From Promethearchaeota archaeon (GTDB lineage: Archaea > Asgardarchaeota > Lokiarchaeia > Sigyniarchaeales > SOKP01), in contig JBHLOY010000017.1 of the NCBI GenBank assembly GCA_048939995.1, positions 1 to 35,506 of the forward strand: 35,506 nucleotides of DNA, written 5' to 3'. Positions 1 to 9,762 of this stretch are shown one piece after another. The position numbers and the translations under genes were made by a program. The first letter of the stretch is position 1; each line of letters starts with the position of its first letter. The notes under the pieces were generated by a model. That model did not search any database and was not told the origin of the DNA. It saw only the letters and a program-made list of their open reading frames with translations.

Positions 1-1932
1 GGAGCTGCAACAGGGATAGGGGGGATAATAAGAGATATTCTATGTATGGGAGTACGACCTATTGCTTTATTAGATCCATTGCGGTTCGGACCGTTAAAGA
101 ATAATCCTCACTCGCAATGGTTGTTTAAATACGTTGTAAAAGGAATAGCAGATTATGGTAATTGCACTGGAATACCAACTATAGGGGGAGAAGTCGAATT
201 TGATAAAAGCTTTGAGAGTAATTGTCTTGTAAATGTTGCTTGTATTGGATTGGGAAGGATCGAGGATTTTAAGCATGCCCCAAGTAGAGCATACTATCCT
301 GGGGATTATATTGTTTTAATGGGGGGATCAACTGGCAGGGATGGAATACATGGAGTTACTTTTGCTTCAAGAACTCTTACTGAACTTTCAGAAGCTGATA
401 GACCAGCAGTGCAAATTGGTGACCCCTTTACAAAAAAGATGATTATTGAAGCTACTTTAGAAGCTATTAAGACTGGGTATGTAAGAGGGCTAAAAGATCT
501 TGGAGGTGGAGGTTTGTCTTGTGCTTTAAGTGAGTTGACAGGTGATGGTGGTACTGGTGCTAAGGTTGATATGAGAAAAATTTTTACTCGTGAGCCAAAT
601 ATGAATTCATTCGAAATTATGTTATCAGAGTCTCAAGAAAGAATGGCTTTTATCGTTAAACCTGAGGGATTAGGGACAATATTAAATGTATTTAGAAAAT
701 TTGAAATGCTGCATGCTGTCATTGGTCGTACAAATGATTCTAAAATACTAAATATCTATGACGGAGATAATTCAGTTGTTAGTTTACCTTCAATTGCTCT
801 TTCTGAATCTCCGACTATTCCCCGTAACGAAAAACGTCCTAATTATCTTGATGATTTACTACTTCAGAAGACTCCAGAACTATCTTCTGGATTGGATCAG
901 ATTATCTACAAATTGATTGCATCTGAGAATATATGTAATAAAGAATGGGTATATAGACAGTATGATCATGAAGTAGGGATACGTTCTGTCGTAAAGTGTG
1001 GTGAAGGGGATTCTGGGGTACTGAGAATTATAGGTACTAATAAGTTTATAGCTGCAAGTGCAGGTACCAATTCAAAGCATTGTTATCTTGACCCCTATGA
1101 AGGTGCTAAAGGTGGTATTATTGAAGTAGCGGGGAATGTGATTGCAAATGGAGCAAAACCAAAAGCAATGGTAAACTGTTGTAATTTTGGAAATCCTGAA
1201 AAACCCGATTCTTTTTGGTTTTTTGCTGAAGCTGTTAGAGGAATGGCAGATTGCTGTAAAAGTCTAAGGATTCCTGTTGTTGGAGGAAATGTGTCATTCT
1301 ATAACGAGGATGATGTAAATAATACTGTAGTTAAACCCTCTCCAGTCATTATGATTGTAGGTGTTCTTGATGGAAAAGAAAATATTATAACATTGCCCTT
1401 CAAAAATGTTGGGGATGATGTGTTAATAATTGGAGATACTAAAGCAGAGTTAGGAGGCTCAGAGTATCATTCAGTTATTTATAACATTGAAGGAGGAAAC
1501 CCGCCTAAAATTAAAGAAGTTGAAATAGTTAATAGGTGGAAGTTTATTCAAGAATTATATAAAAATAAACTTGTGAAAGCGAATCATGATGTTAATAAAG
1601 GTGGATTTGTAATAACTCTTGGAGAGATGTGCTTTAAAAATAAATTAGGATTAGAAGTGAATTTAGATGAGTATAATACTCACAAGTTAAGAGATGATGA
1701 GCTATTATTTAGTGAAAGTGCTGGTAGATTCGTAATTGAGATTAATCCAGAAAATTACCAAAAAGTCTTGAAACTAGCTCTAAAATTTGGTGTATTTGTT
1801 AAAAAGATCGGTACACTAATTAAAGATCCAATCATTAAGGTTACTGGTTTAAAAGTGGGAAATCTTGCACTTGACGTTCTTAAAATGAAAGAACTTTATG
1901 ACTCCACTATTCCTAACCTCATGGAAATCTAA
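1..1932 (+). CDS. purL: Phosphoribosylformylglycinamidine synthase subunit PurL (5' end outside window)
   Basis: Frame is open from base 1 ([17 protein letters not shown], the PurL motif), so ATG 46 is internal. Also [54 protein letters not shown]. Confidence 0.97.
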   Translation, partial: GAATGIGGIIRDILCMGVRPIALLDPLRFGPLKNNPHSQWLFKYVVKGIADYGNCTGIPTIGGEVEFDKSFESNCLVNVACIGLGRIEDFKHAPSRAYYPGDYIVLMGGSTGRDGIHGVTFASRTLTELSEADRPAVQIGDPFTKKMIIEATLEAIKTGYVRGLKDLGGGGLSCALSELTGDGGTGAKVDMRKIFTREPNMNSFEIMLSESQERMAFIVKPEGLGTILNVFRKFEMLHAVIGRTNDSKILNIYDGDNSVVSLPSIALSESPTIPRNEKRPNYLDDLLLQKTPELSSGLDQIIYKLIASENICNKEWVYRQYDHEVGIRSVVKCGEGDSGVLRIIGTNKFIAASAGTNSKHCYLDPYEGAKGGIIEVAGNVIANGAKPKAMVNCCNFGNPEKPDSFWFFAEAVRGMADCCKSLRIPVVGGNVSFYNEDDVNNTVVKPSPVIMIVGVLDGKENIITLPFKNVGDDVLIIGDTKAELGGSEYHSVIYNIEGGNPPKIKEVEIVNRWKFIQELYKNKLVKANHDVNKGGFVITLGEMCFKNKLGLEVNLDEYNTHKLRDDELLFSESAGRFVIEINPENYQKVLKLALKFGVFVKKIGTLIKDPIIKVTGLKVGNLALDVLKMKELYDSTIPNLMEI

Positions 1933-2015
1933 ATTTTTGATCTAAAAACATAAATTTGAAATATCAAAAATTCTTTTCATTAATTCGATAAAGTCTTCAG
2001 AGAGTGCTATAAGCT

Positions 2016-2222
2016 ATGAGAGCTCGAGCTTGTATTAAATGTAAAGAATACGTATTAATTCATCCAAACAGTCCCTTAAATCAAACAAAAATATATCAAT
2101 TTGAAAGAAGGCATCATCTTCACACTCTAATTACTGTAAATCTCGACGAAGTTAAAGAATCTTACCAAATGTATAAAAATAATGGCTCAGATAACCCCTC
2201 AGAAGAATTAAGTAATTCTTAG
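2016..2222 (+). CDS. Small putative Zn-binding protein (CxxC...HHxH)
   Basis: 68 aa with CIKC and FERRHHLH; fills the gap between purL and the convergent HAD gene; T-run follows the stop. Confidence 0.7.
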   Translation: MRARACIKCKEYVLIHPNSPLNQTKIYQFERRHHLHTLITVNLDEVKESYQMYKNNGSDNPSEELSNS

Positions 2223-2242
2223 TTTTTTTGTCCTATTTTTCA

Positions 2243-3040
2243 TTATAAATACTCTAAAAGGGACTCAAAAGATTCTATAATAAGAAATGGTTCTTTTTCA
2301 TTATTTGATGGTTTAAAATGAAAACCTTTCCCGGTTTTTACCAAGATAGATTTTATATTGGCATTATTAGCTCCTTTAATATCTGATTCAAAATCATCTC
2401 CAATTACAATGCATTCATTAGATTTGAGTTTCAGTTTTGTTAATGCTTGGCTAAAGAATTCTGTAGATGGTTTGCCAAAGATTTTATAAGGAATTCTTGC
2501 TGTTTCTGCTAACATTTTCACTAATGAGCCAGTATCAATTACAGGTTCACCTTTTTGATCTAAAAAGTAACGATTCCCTTGAGTTCCAAAAAGTTTAGCT
2601 CCCTTCATAAGATATTTGAATGCAGTATTTAGACGATTAAGATCCCAATTGTCTCTAAAATCTGAAATTATTACATAATCAGGTACTTGATCGCCTTTAA
2701 TTAAATTAAATTCATGAAATAGACTTTCAATTTCTTTTGATGCTACTAAATATATACTTTTTTCCGATTGAATTGATAAGAATTCTTTTAAAGCATTAAT
2801 GGGGGTAAAAATCTCATTTTCCTTAATAGAAAATCCAAAGTTGACTAATTGGGTATGTATTGTTTTAGGAGATCTACTATCTGTATTTGTTAAGAATAAG
2901 AACTTCAATCTCATTTTTCGAAGTTTAGATATTGCATCAATAACTCCCGGAATTACCGAGCCTTTGAAATATAAAGTGCCATCTATATCTGATAAAATCC
3001 CCTTTATATTTTCTAGGTTTTTATTTGTTTTATTTATCAT
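2243..3040 (-). CDS. HAD-IIA hydrolase (NagD / LHPP-HDHD2-like)
   Basis: DIDGTL motif I, FLTNT motif II, GKPS, IGDDFESDIKGA, ILVKTGK. Confidence 0.92.
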   Translation of the reverse strand: MINKTNKNLENIKGILSDIDGTLYFKGSVIPGVIDAISKLRKMRLKFLFLTNTDSRSPKTIHTQLVNFGFSIKENEIFTPINALKEFLSIQSEKSIYLVASKEIESLFHEFNLIKGDQVPDYVIISDFRDNWDLNRLNTAFKYLMKGAKLFGTQGNRYFLDQKGEPVIDTGSLVKMLAETARIPYKIFGKPSTEFFSQALTKLKLKSNECIVIGDDFESDIKGANNANIKSILVKTGKGFHFKPSNNEKEPFLIIESFESLLEYL

Positions 3041-3118
3041 GATTGTACTAATTTTAATTTGTATTTTTGTTTTCTTATAAAATCTACATTTCCTTCATAG
3101 TACAAAAAAATTTGAAAT

Positions 3119-3133
3119 CAAAATCTTTATATA
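3119..3133 (+). promoter_or_regulatory. Putative BRE/TATA promoter of the 970-aa gene
   Basis: caaaatc followed by TTTATATA (3126-3133), about 55 bp upstream of the start. Confidence 0.45.
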
Positions 3134-3188
3134 TAGGTTTATCTCAATGATTATACGATTCAAATTTATTACAAAAATGTAATATCTG

Positions 3189-6101
3189 GTGAAATTTATG
3201 CAAAATAAAAAATTAATAGTATATTTCATAACCATCCTTTTTATCTTAGGATTTTGCTTAATGATTAATCCAGTAGTATCTTGTAATTATGAGAAAGGAA
3301 AGAAAAAATCGAAGATTCCTTCAGAAGATGAGATTTTTAGTTGGGTTGAAGATCTATGTGAGATTGGTAATCAAGGTCCATACGGTTACCGAATGCCAGG
3401 AACAGGATCATACTGGGAAGGAGCAGATTATGTCTTACAAAAGTTTGAACAAGTTGGGCTAAAAGATACCTTTTTAGAACCGGTCCTCGCAACTGTTAAT
3501 TTCCCAGATCAATGGGAATTAACGATTAATGCTGGAGGAGATGATGAAGATATACCATGTTACTTCTTACGATATGCCGATTTTACACCTCCTGAAGGAG
3601 TTTCAGCTGATCTAGTCTATGTAGGGACGGGATCAGATACTGAATTTAATGATATTGACACATCTGTAGGGATTGAAGGTAAAATAGTACTTGTGGATGT
3701 TTTAGCCGCACCATGGCCTAGAGCAATTCTTGAACCTTTTATCTTATTTGAGTGGGATCCAGATAACACTTTTGCTAATGATCCATTAGCTACTGAAAAT
3801 TGGCCTCTAGCTAATCTAGATAGCTCATATAATTTAGCGTATACTTATGGTGCTGTTGGATACATTGGAATAATGACTTGCATGCCCGATTACGTAAATC
3901 AATATCTTCATTGGTATTCTAATGGGGAATTACCTGGTATCACTATAAGTCCAAATGATGGCAATTATCTGAAAGATTTATTAGCAGGAGGTCCGGTCAC
4001 TGCAAACATGATCTTAACTGGAACAGATGGACCTGGGACAACTTACAACGTTTATGGATCTTTGCCAGGAAAAACAGATGATATAATCATGGTTGTATCC
4101 CACCATGATGGATGGGCTACTAATGAAGCTTCAGGAGTATCAATAGTTATGGCTTTAGCTAAGTATTTTGCTCAAATACCTAGATATTCAAGAGAGAAAA
4201 CATTAATGTTTGTCAGTTTTGCCAGTCACTTTGGTAAAAAGGCAGATTGGACTGAATATGACTGCTTGGCATATGATGTATTGCCTAAAGTTGCGTGTGC
4301 TATAAATATCGAGATGATTAGCAAACAAATCAAAGTAATTGATGGAGAATTCGTTGAAACTGGATTGGTTGCGCCCAGAGGAATGTTTCTTTCAGGACCT
4401 TTCTTTTCGGCGAATGAATATCTACTTTCTTATGCATCAGAAGCGATTGTAAAGAATGATATGGTACGGACGTCGTGCCTACCAGGAGCTTTTGCTGTTC
4501 CAGGGGAGGGAGGAAAATTCCATGAACTTGGAATACCAACAATCAATTTTATCTCCCACAATTCCCCTCAGTTCACTCAATATGATACACTAGATACAGT
4601 AGCTAAAGATGCTTTAGTTCCAACAACTAAAATGTTCATAGATATCATTAATGACATTGATACGACTCCTGCAAGCCTATTAAAATGGACAATGACGGTA
4701 GATAGTAGGGATGTAAAAGCCTATCCCGAATTAAGAGAGTATATATGGCAGATGCGAAGAGCTCCGTATGGTCCTTTTGATAGAATTGGTGTTCATAGGT
4801 TAGTAAAAGCCGGCATTGAACCTGAAGGGGTAGTATTCGTTTTACCTGGGACTTGGAGTAATGGTGAACAATTAACTTCAAATCCACCTGAAGACTGGTG
4901 GACCGCAGATGAGGATCATAGTTTTGCCTTCTACCTTGCTAATAGAAACTTTGATGTCTATTCCATAGATTATAGAACCCATTTTGTAAACCCATATTTA
5001 AATCCTCCTGAACTTGGTTTTATGGCAAATTGGGGATGGGATCAGTGGATTGGTGATATAAAAGAAGCAGTAGAATTATCTAAAGCAGTATCTGGAGTTA
5101 AACGAGTATATTTAGCAGGTGATAGTTTTGGAGGAAGCGCAACGATGAATTATGCATCAATGTATTGGGAGGAAGATCTCAAAGGTATCCTTCTACGAGA
5201 TGGTGGAACAGGAGCTAAATATCCTGAGCTAGTTACTAATTCATATGACTTGCCTGCAATGATTGCTGGTATGATAGCAACAGGTAATTGGGCTAGTGAA
5301 GTAGGTGGTAGCCCTGGATCGATATTTGTAATGCAGTATGCTGATCAAAACCCCACTGCGCCTGCCGAATTTCCACCAGGAAATCCTCTTGAACCTACAA
5401 TAAATCCATTCACAGGCTTGCCTTGGGAAAACATACAAGAATGGGCTGCATTCATGATTTATATGGCATGGGGTCCTGGTGTAGTTAGTAACATTTATGG
5501 AGGGTATGGTGATCCTGCTGTGATGATACATATCGATGCTACTTTTGATAGGTATTGGCCCTCAAGATTAGGTCTTGAGAGTGCTGCAATAAGTAACTGG
5601 GATAATTGCCCATATGTATCATTTGATTTTGATGACCACTATTGTGAGATTGATGTTCCAATTCTAGCTTTTACAAGCGAGTTAATGGGATTAGCCTATT
5701 GGGGTCCCTTCAGACGTGGTACTGCAAATCCAGACTTCACAGGAATATATCTTTGGGGATACGGTCATTTAGATGTTTATTCTGGAGAATTTTCTGCAGC
5801 ACAAGTAAGTCAACCTACTTATGAATGGCTAATGAGCCATAAAATGCTTATAGGTTATGGAAGAATTAGTCTCGGGAAGAAGTACTTATGGGGTAAAGCT
5901 GCAATCTATATTAATGCAACCACAATAGAGTTTAGAATTTACACAATACGTATGTCATGGACTATTATTTGTCATCAAACCTCTAAAAAACACGAAATTT
6001 ATAAAGGTAAAAACGATTACAGCAAAATTACGGTAATCATTCAAGCAGGATTTGCTTCAGGGACTGGACATAAAATTCATTTCTTTGGTTTTATGGTATG
6101 A
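3189..6101 (+). CDS. Secreted fusion: PA-domain/M28-like peptidase + alpha/beta hydrolase + C-terminal beta-rich domain
   Basis: N-terminal hydrophobic signal; PA domain (LVYVGTG...GKIVLVD); M28-like SHHDG..NEASG; hydrolase LPGTW, GDSFGG nucleophile elbow, GHLD. Start is GTG 3189 or ATG 3198. Confidence 0.8.
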   Translation: MKFMQNKKLIVYFITILFILGFCLMINPVVSCNYEKGKKKSKIPSEDEIFSWVEDLCEIGNQGPYGYRMPGTGSYWEGADYVLQKFEQVGLKDTFLEPVLATVNFPDQWELTINAGGDDEDIPCYFLRYADFTPPEGVSADLVYVGTGSDTEFNDIDTSVGIEGKIVLVDVLAAPWPRAILEPFILFEWDPDNTFANDPLATENWPLANLDSSYNLAYTYGAVGYIGIMTCMPDYVNQYLHWYSNGELPGITISPNDGNYLKDLLAGGPVTANMILTGTDGPGTTYNVYGSLPGKTDDIIMVVSHHDGWATNEASGVSIVMALAKYFAQIPRYSREKTLMFVSFASHFGKKADWTEYDCLAYDVLPKVACAINIEMISKQIKVIDGEFVETGLVAPRGMFLSGPFFSANEYLLSYASEAIVKNDMVRTSCLPGAFAVPGEGGKFHELGIPTINFISHNSPQFTQYDTLDTVAKDALVPTTKMFIDIINDIDTTPASLLKWTMTVDSRDVKAYPELREYIWQMRRAPYGPFDRIGVHRLVKAGIEPEGVVFVLPGTWSNGEQLTSNPPEDWWTADEDHSFAFYLANRNFDVYSIDYRTHFVNPYLNPPELGFMANWGWDQWIGDIKEAVELSKAVSGVKRVYLAGDSFGGSATMNYASMYWEEDLKGILLRDGGTGAKYPELVTNSYDLPAMIAGMIATGNWASEVGGSPGSIFVMQYADQNPTAPAEFPPGNPLEPTINPFTGLPWENIQEWAAFMIYMAWGPGVVSNIYGGYGDPAVMIHIDATFDRYWPSRLGLESAAISNWDNCPYVSFDFDDHYCEIDVPILAFTSELMGLAYWGPFRRGTANPDFTGIYLWGYGHLDVYSGEFSAAQVSQPTYEWLMSHKMLIGYGRISLGKKYLWGKAAIYINATTIEFRIYTIRMSWTIICHQTSKKHEIYKGKNDYSKITVIIQAGFASGTGHKIHFFGFMV

Positions 6102-6119
6102 AGCGAGTCCTACAATAAC

Positions 6120-6131
6120 TTTTTTTTTTTT
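6120..6131 (+). terminator. Oligo-T archaeal terminator (T12)
   Basis: 12 consecutive T beginning 19 nt after the stop of the 970-aa gene. Confidence 0.6.
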
Positions 6132-6515
6132 AAAAAGAAAAAGAGGAATATTTGCTTTTTCAAAGTGCTGGATTTATCCATAATGGCATACTTACTATGA
6201 AATCTGCTTTTCTATCACCTTCTTTTTTTGATTTTTTTTTTTTTTATGGGAATTGATTCCCACGAAAAATAAATCAGTTGACACTTAAAAATCTTTCTTT
6301 TTTCAGTGAAACAGGAAAAAAAAAGAGACCAATTTAGGAATAGTTAAGAAATTTAAATAATTTTTAATATTTTTTGAATTTGTTGAACAATTGTATAAAA
6401 TATCGTGTATATTCCAGGCTAATTAGATAAATTTGTTTAAAGTATCTTTAATATATCTAAATAATTTTTAAATGTCAATAAAAGAATTTTTAATTATAAA
6501 AAGAGACGATCCATA

Positions 6516-7088
6516 ATGAAAATCTCAGTTGATATAGATGGCGTACTATTGGATGTAATGATAACTTACTGTGAAGAATTCAATAACCTTTACAATACTA
6601 ATTATGAAAAACATGACGTGAGGAACTGGGAATTCTTTAAAGATTGGAATATAACAGAAAAGCAAGCGTTTGACGTGTTTTATAGAGTTTATGAAAAATC
6701 CTTAATCATACCATTTATTGATGAGGATGCTCCAGAAATATTGAAAAAATTAAATTTAAACCATGGTGTGTATATCGTTACCGCGAGACAAGTTAGATTT
6801 AAGGAACCTACTTTAGAAAAATTAAGATTTCATGGGATAAAGAAAAACGTTCAATATAAAGAACTTTTTTTTATGGAACCTAGACCCTATGATGTAAAAT
6901 TACAGCATAAATTTGATATTTACATCGATGATTCCCCTAATTTAGCCGCTTCTATAAAGAAATTGAAAAAAAGAGTGTTATTATTATTTGATCAACCATG
7001 GAATCAGAAGGTTGAGTGTAATGGTAATATATTTAGGGTTTATAATTGGAAGAATATATATAGCTTTATTAACAATATGAGTGATTAA
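6516..7088 (+). CDS. 5'(3')-deoxyribonucleotidase-like HAD (NT5C family)
   Basis: VDIDGVL, IVTAR, YIDDSP, FDQPWN, RVYNW. Confidence 0.88.
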   Translation: MKISVDIDGVLLDVMITYCEEFNNLYNTNYEKHDVRNWEFFKDWNITEKQAFDVFYRVYEKSLIIPFIDEDAPEILKKLNLNHGVYIVTARQVRFKEPTLEKLRFHGIKKNVQYKELFFMEPRPYDVKLQHKFDIYIDDSPNLAASIKKLKKRVLLLFDQPWNQKVECNGNIFRVYNWKNIYSFINNMSD

Positions 7089-7091
7089 AGT

Positions 7092-8228
7092 TTGGGTAAA
7101 TTAGTATTAATAGATGGTGCTAAAGGGCACACGGGTACATTTTTAGTAAAGGAAGTACTAGACTCAAGGCCTGAATGGGAGATCATTGCTACAGACTTAC
7201 CAACCGAAGAAAGAACTAGTTTAATGACAAAAGAAAAAGTATTTAGTAGTAGGTTTAAGTACATGACAGAAGTTTTAGAGAATGATCGGGTTTCATATAT
7301 TCCTGCTGACTTAACCGCTAAAGATACTATTGAAAGATTATTTGAAGGGAATAAATTTGATATTATTTTCCATGTTGCGAGTCTTTATGACTATTTTGCA
7401 GAATTAAGTATTTTGAGAAAGATTAACGTACAGGGTACTAAAAATTTCCTCGAGATAATTAATAGAACGCAGGATTTGAACAAAGTACGTTTCATCCATT
7501 GGAGTACATGTGGTGTGTATGGTGAGCCAAAATATATAAAAGCAGAAAGCGGATACCCTATTCCTGCTGATGAAACTATCCCTCTTAACCCTCAAAACGA
7601 TTATAGCATCAGCAAGATGGAACAAGAGAATGTTATAAATGAATATTCGGCAAAATTTGGGTTGAAAGCTACAATAATTCGTCCAGCACCTATAATGGGA
7701 CCAAGCCAAATATATGGGACATTTCATATCATCCAACTCGTAAATAAATCAGGTTTTGGTCCGGGTATCCATGTTTATCCTAAGAAAAAACGATTAGGTA
7801 TGCCCTTAATTCATGTAGAAGATTTAGTACGTCTAGCGATATTTTTAGCCGAAAAAGATGAATCTATTGGACAAATATATAATGCTGCTATTAATATGTG
7901 TTATCAACAAGATTTTTTAGAATATCTTGCTGATCTTTTAAACGTTGAGTATTTTAATTTTCCGATATGGTGGCCAATTTACAAATTTTTCTCAAAATAT
8001 CTTTTTTGGCTTGAAAAAAGGAAAGTCAAGAAAGCTAGGAAAATGAATACAAGACCACCAGTAGATTTAGATATGGCAGCTTATACAAAATATCAATATC
8101 TTTTCTCTAATGAGAAAATTAAGAAATTAGGATTTGAATTTAAATTTCCTGACTACATAAGTACTACAAAGAATACTGTGGAATGGTATCTTAGAAATAA
8201 TTGGTTGGAGAGTGAATATCAAAAATGA
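7092..8228 (+). CDS. NAD-dependent epimerase/dehydratase (extended SDR, 3-beta-HSD-like)
   Basis: GAKGHTG Rossmann motif, FHVASL, NVQGT, STCGVYG, YSISK catalytic YxxxK, IHVEDL; TTG start 3 nt after the upstream stop. Confidence 0.88.
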   Translation: MGKLVLIDGAKGHTGTFLVKEVLDSRPEWEIIATDLPTEERTSLMTKEKVFSSRFKYMTEVLENDRVSYIPADLTAKDTIERLFEGNKFDIIFHVASLYDYFAELSILRKINVQGTKNFLEIINRTQDLNKVRFIHWSTCGVYGEPKYIKAESGYPIPADETIPLNPQNDYSISKMEQENVINEYSAKFGLKATIIRPAPIMGPSQIYGTFHIIQLVNKSGFGPGIHVYPKKKRLGMPLIHVEDLVRLAIFLAEKDESIGQIYNAAINMCYQQDFLEYLADLLNVEYFNFPIWWPIYKFFSKYLFWLEKRKVKKARKMNTRPPVDLDMAAYTKYQYLFSNEKIKKLGFEFKFPDYISTTKNTVEWYLRNNWLESEYQK

Positions 8229-8710
8229 GCTTTTTAGAAGGACTTATTGGTAATTTCTTATTTGGTTGGTTAAATTCCTACTTGTATCGAAAATACCTTA
8301 GAAAAAGAAATAAAGATTGGATTGTTTTTTTAGCAATAATTTTTATATCAGGGTTGTTATTTCTGGACATTTTTATTTATACTGGAATAGTTGATATTAT
8401 CTGGTTAAATGTAATTCCTTGGGTAAATATTCCATCTATTGACAGTGGAAGATACTTTATGTGGAATTCTTTCTTACTTTTTGGTATCGATCTTGGAATA
8501 ATGCCTCAATCTGGATTGGATTTATTTGCTGTTTTTTTATTTACATCTTATATATTTTGGTATTATTTTGGATCTAAATTCGGAAAATTTCTGCATGGTT
8601 ATCGGCCTTATCAACAAGGGTTTTATATGGTTTTTCGTCCAGTGAGGAAATTTATAAAAGAACGTGAGAAGAGAATGAAAGGTGAAGCAGAAGCAAAATC
8701 TAATAAATAA
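8225..8710 (+). CDS. Hypothetical integral membrane protein
   Basis: About 3 hydrophobic segments and a basic tail; ATGA overlap with the SDR gene suggests an operon. Confidence 0.75.
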   Translation: MSFLEGLIGNFLFGWLNSYLYRKYLRKRNKDWIVFLAIIFISGLLFLDIFIYTGIVDIIWLNVIPWVNIPSIDSGRYFMWNSFLLFGIDLGIMPQSGLDLFAVFLFTSYIFWYYFGSKFGKFLHGYRPYQQGFYMVFRPVRKFIKEREKRMKGEAEAKSNK

Positions 8711-8826
8711 ATTCTATTATTATTTTTGTAAACTAATAATTCAATAAAAATTCTCTCTCTATTTATATAAACAAGATTAGGATTTGATAGATATTAATTA
8801 AACTACATTTAGAGTTAAACAGGACA

Positions 8827-9732
8827 ATGACAGGAATCTATTCGAATTTTATGGTATTTGAACTATATGATAATGGTGAATATAAAAGACTAGATATTGA
8901 AGAAGAAGATTTTCGCGACGCCAAAGGGGATGGTGTTTTACATCCTTCTCAAGTAACTATAATTGTTAGAGAAGATTTAAGATGCATTTTCATTTGGAAA
9001 GGGGTAGAGTCCTCTGTAAGAAAAAAGTTTATTGCTTCGCGAGTTGCATCTGAATTGCAACAAGAATTAATGCAACAAGCAGGTTTCCATAGATGTAGGA
9101 TTGTTTCAGTGGATCAAGGAGAAGAACCAATAGAATTTCTTACTGCCTTTGGATTTAAAAGCAATGTTCAAAAGCCAATAGAGAGTAAAAAATCTGAGGG
9201 AAAAAACCTTGAAGTGAAAACCTCTGAAGATCATAAAATAAATGATCATAATACTAATCCAAAACCTTTTTCTTCAAAATCTTTTAAACAATTAAAAATT
9301 GAAAAGCAATCTAAAAATATTTTAGAGAAAGTCCTTAAAAAGGGAACTCCTGATAATTATAAAAGAAAGAATATATTGACTGGAACTAATATACTTTATG
9401 GGGAAGTAATAAAGAAAGTAAATATCTTTGGAGAAGTAATTGAAGAAAAGGAATGGGAGCCAATTTATAATGTTCCAAAAGAAATATTCGAATTAGAGGG
9501 GCATAAACTACGTATCTACTTTAATAATGAAGTTGGAGAAATTGAGGCTATAGAAATTTTAGAATTAGATTCTCTATTTAATAAGGTTGATAAAAAAGAA
9601 TCAAACTATAATAATTGGACTGTTAAACAATTAAAGGATTTTTGTAAGGAAAATCATATTACTGTTCCCTCATCCTATAGAAAAGCTGATATTGTACATC
9701 TTGTAAAAGAATTCACTAATTCTGAAAAATAA
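8827..9732 (+). CDS. Gelsolin-domain protein with C-terminal HeH/LEM/SAP-like motif
   Basis: Gelsolin fold signature VTIIV...IFIWKG..SSVRKKFIASRVA...VDQGEEPIEFL; charged linker; middle beta-rich domain; tail WTVKQLKDFCKENHITVPSSYRKADIVHLV. Confidence 0.8.
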   Translation: MTGIYSNFMVFELYDNGEYKRLDIEEEDFRDAKGDGVLHPSQVTIIVREDLRCIFIWKGVESSVRKKFIASRVASELQQELMQQAGFHRCRIVSVDQGEEPIEFLTAFGFKSNVQKPIESKKSEGKNLEVKTSEDHKINDHNTNPKPFSSKSFKQLKIEKQSKNILEKVLKKGTPDNYKRKNILTGTNILYGEVIKKVNIFGEVIEEKEWEPIYNVPKEIFELEGHKLRIYFNNEVGEIEAIEILELDSLFNKVDKKESNYNNWTVKQLKDFCKENHITVPSSYRKADIVHLVKEFTNSEK

Positions 9733-9762
9733 AAATTTAAAAAAAATAATTTTGAAAAACCT

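Noticed and set aside
46-48. ATG 46 as the purL start
   Set aside because: The frame is open to base 1 and encodes the conserved [12 protein letters not shown] motif, so the gene starts outside the window.
3189-6101. Higher GC of the 970-aa gene as proof of horizontal transfer
   Set aside because: It may simply reflect Gly/Pro/Ala/Trp-rich protein composition; there are no mobility genes or att sites, and GC3 and phylogeny are needed.
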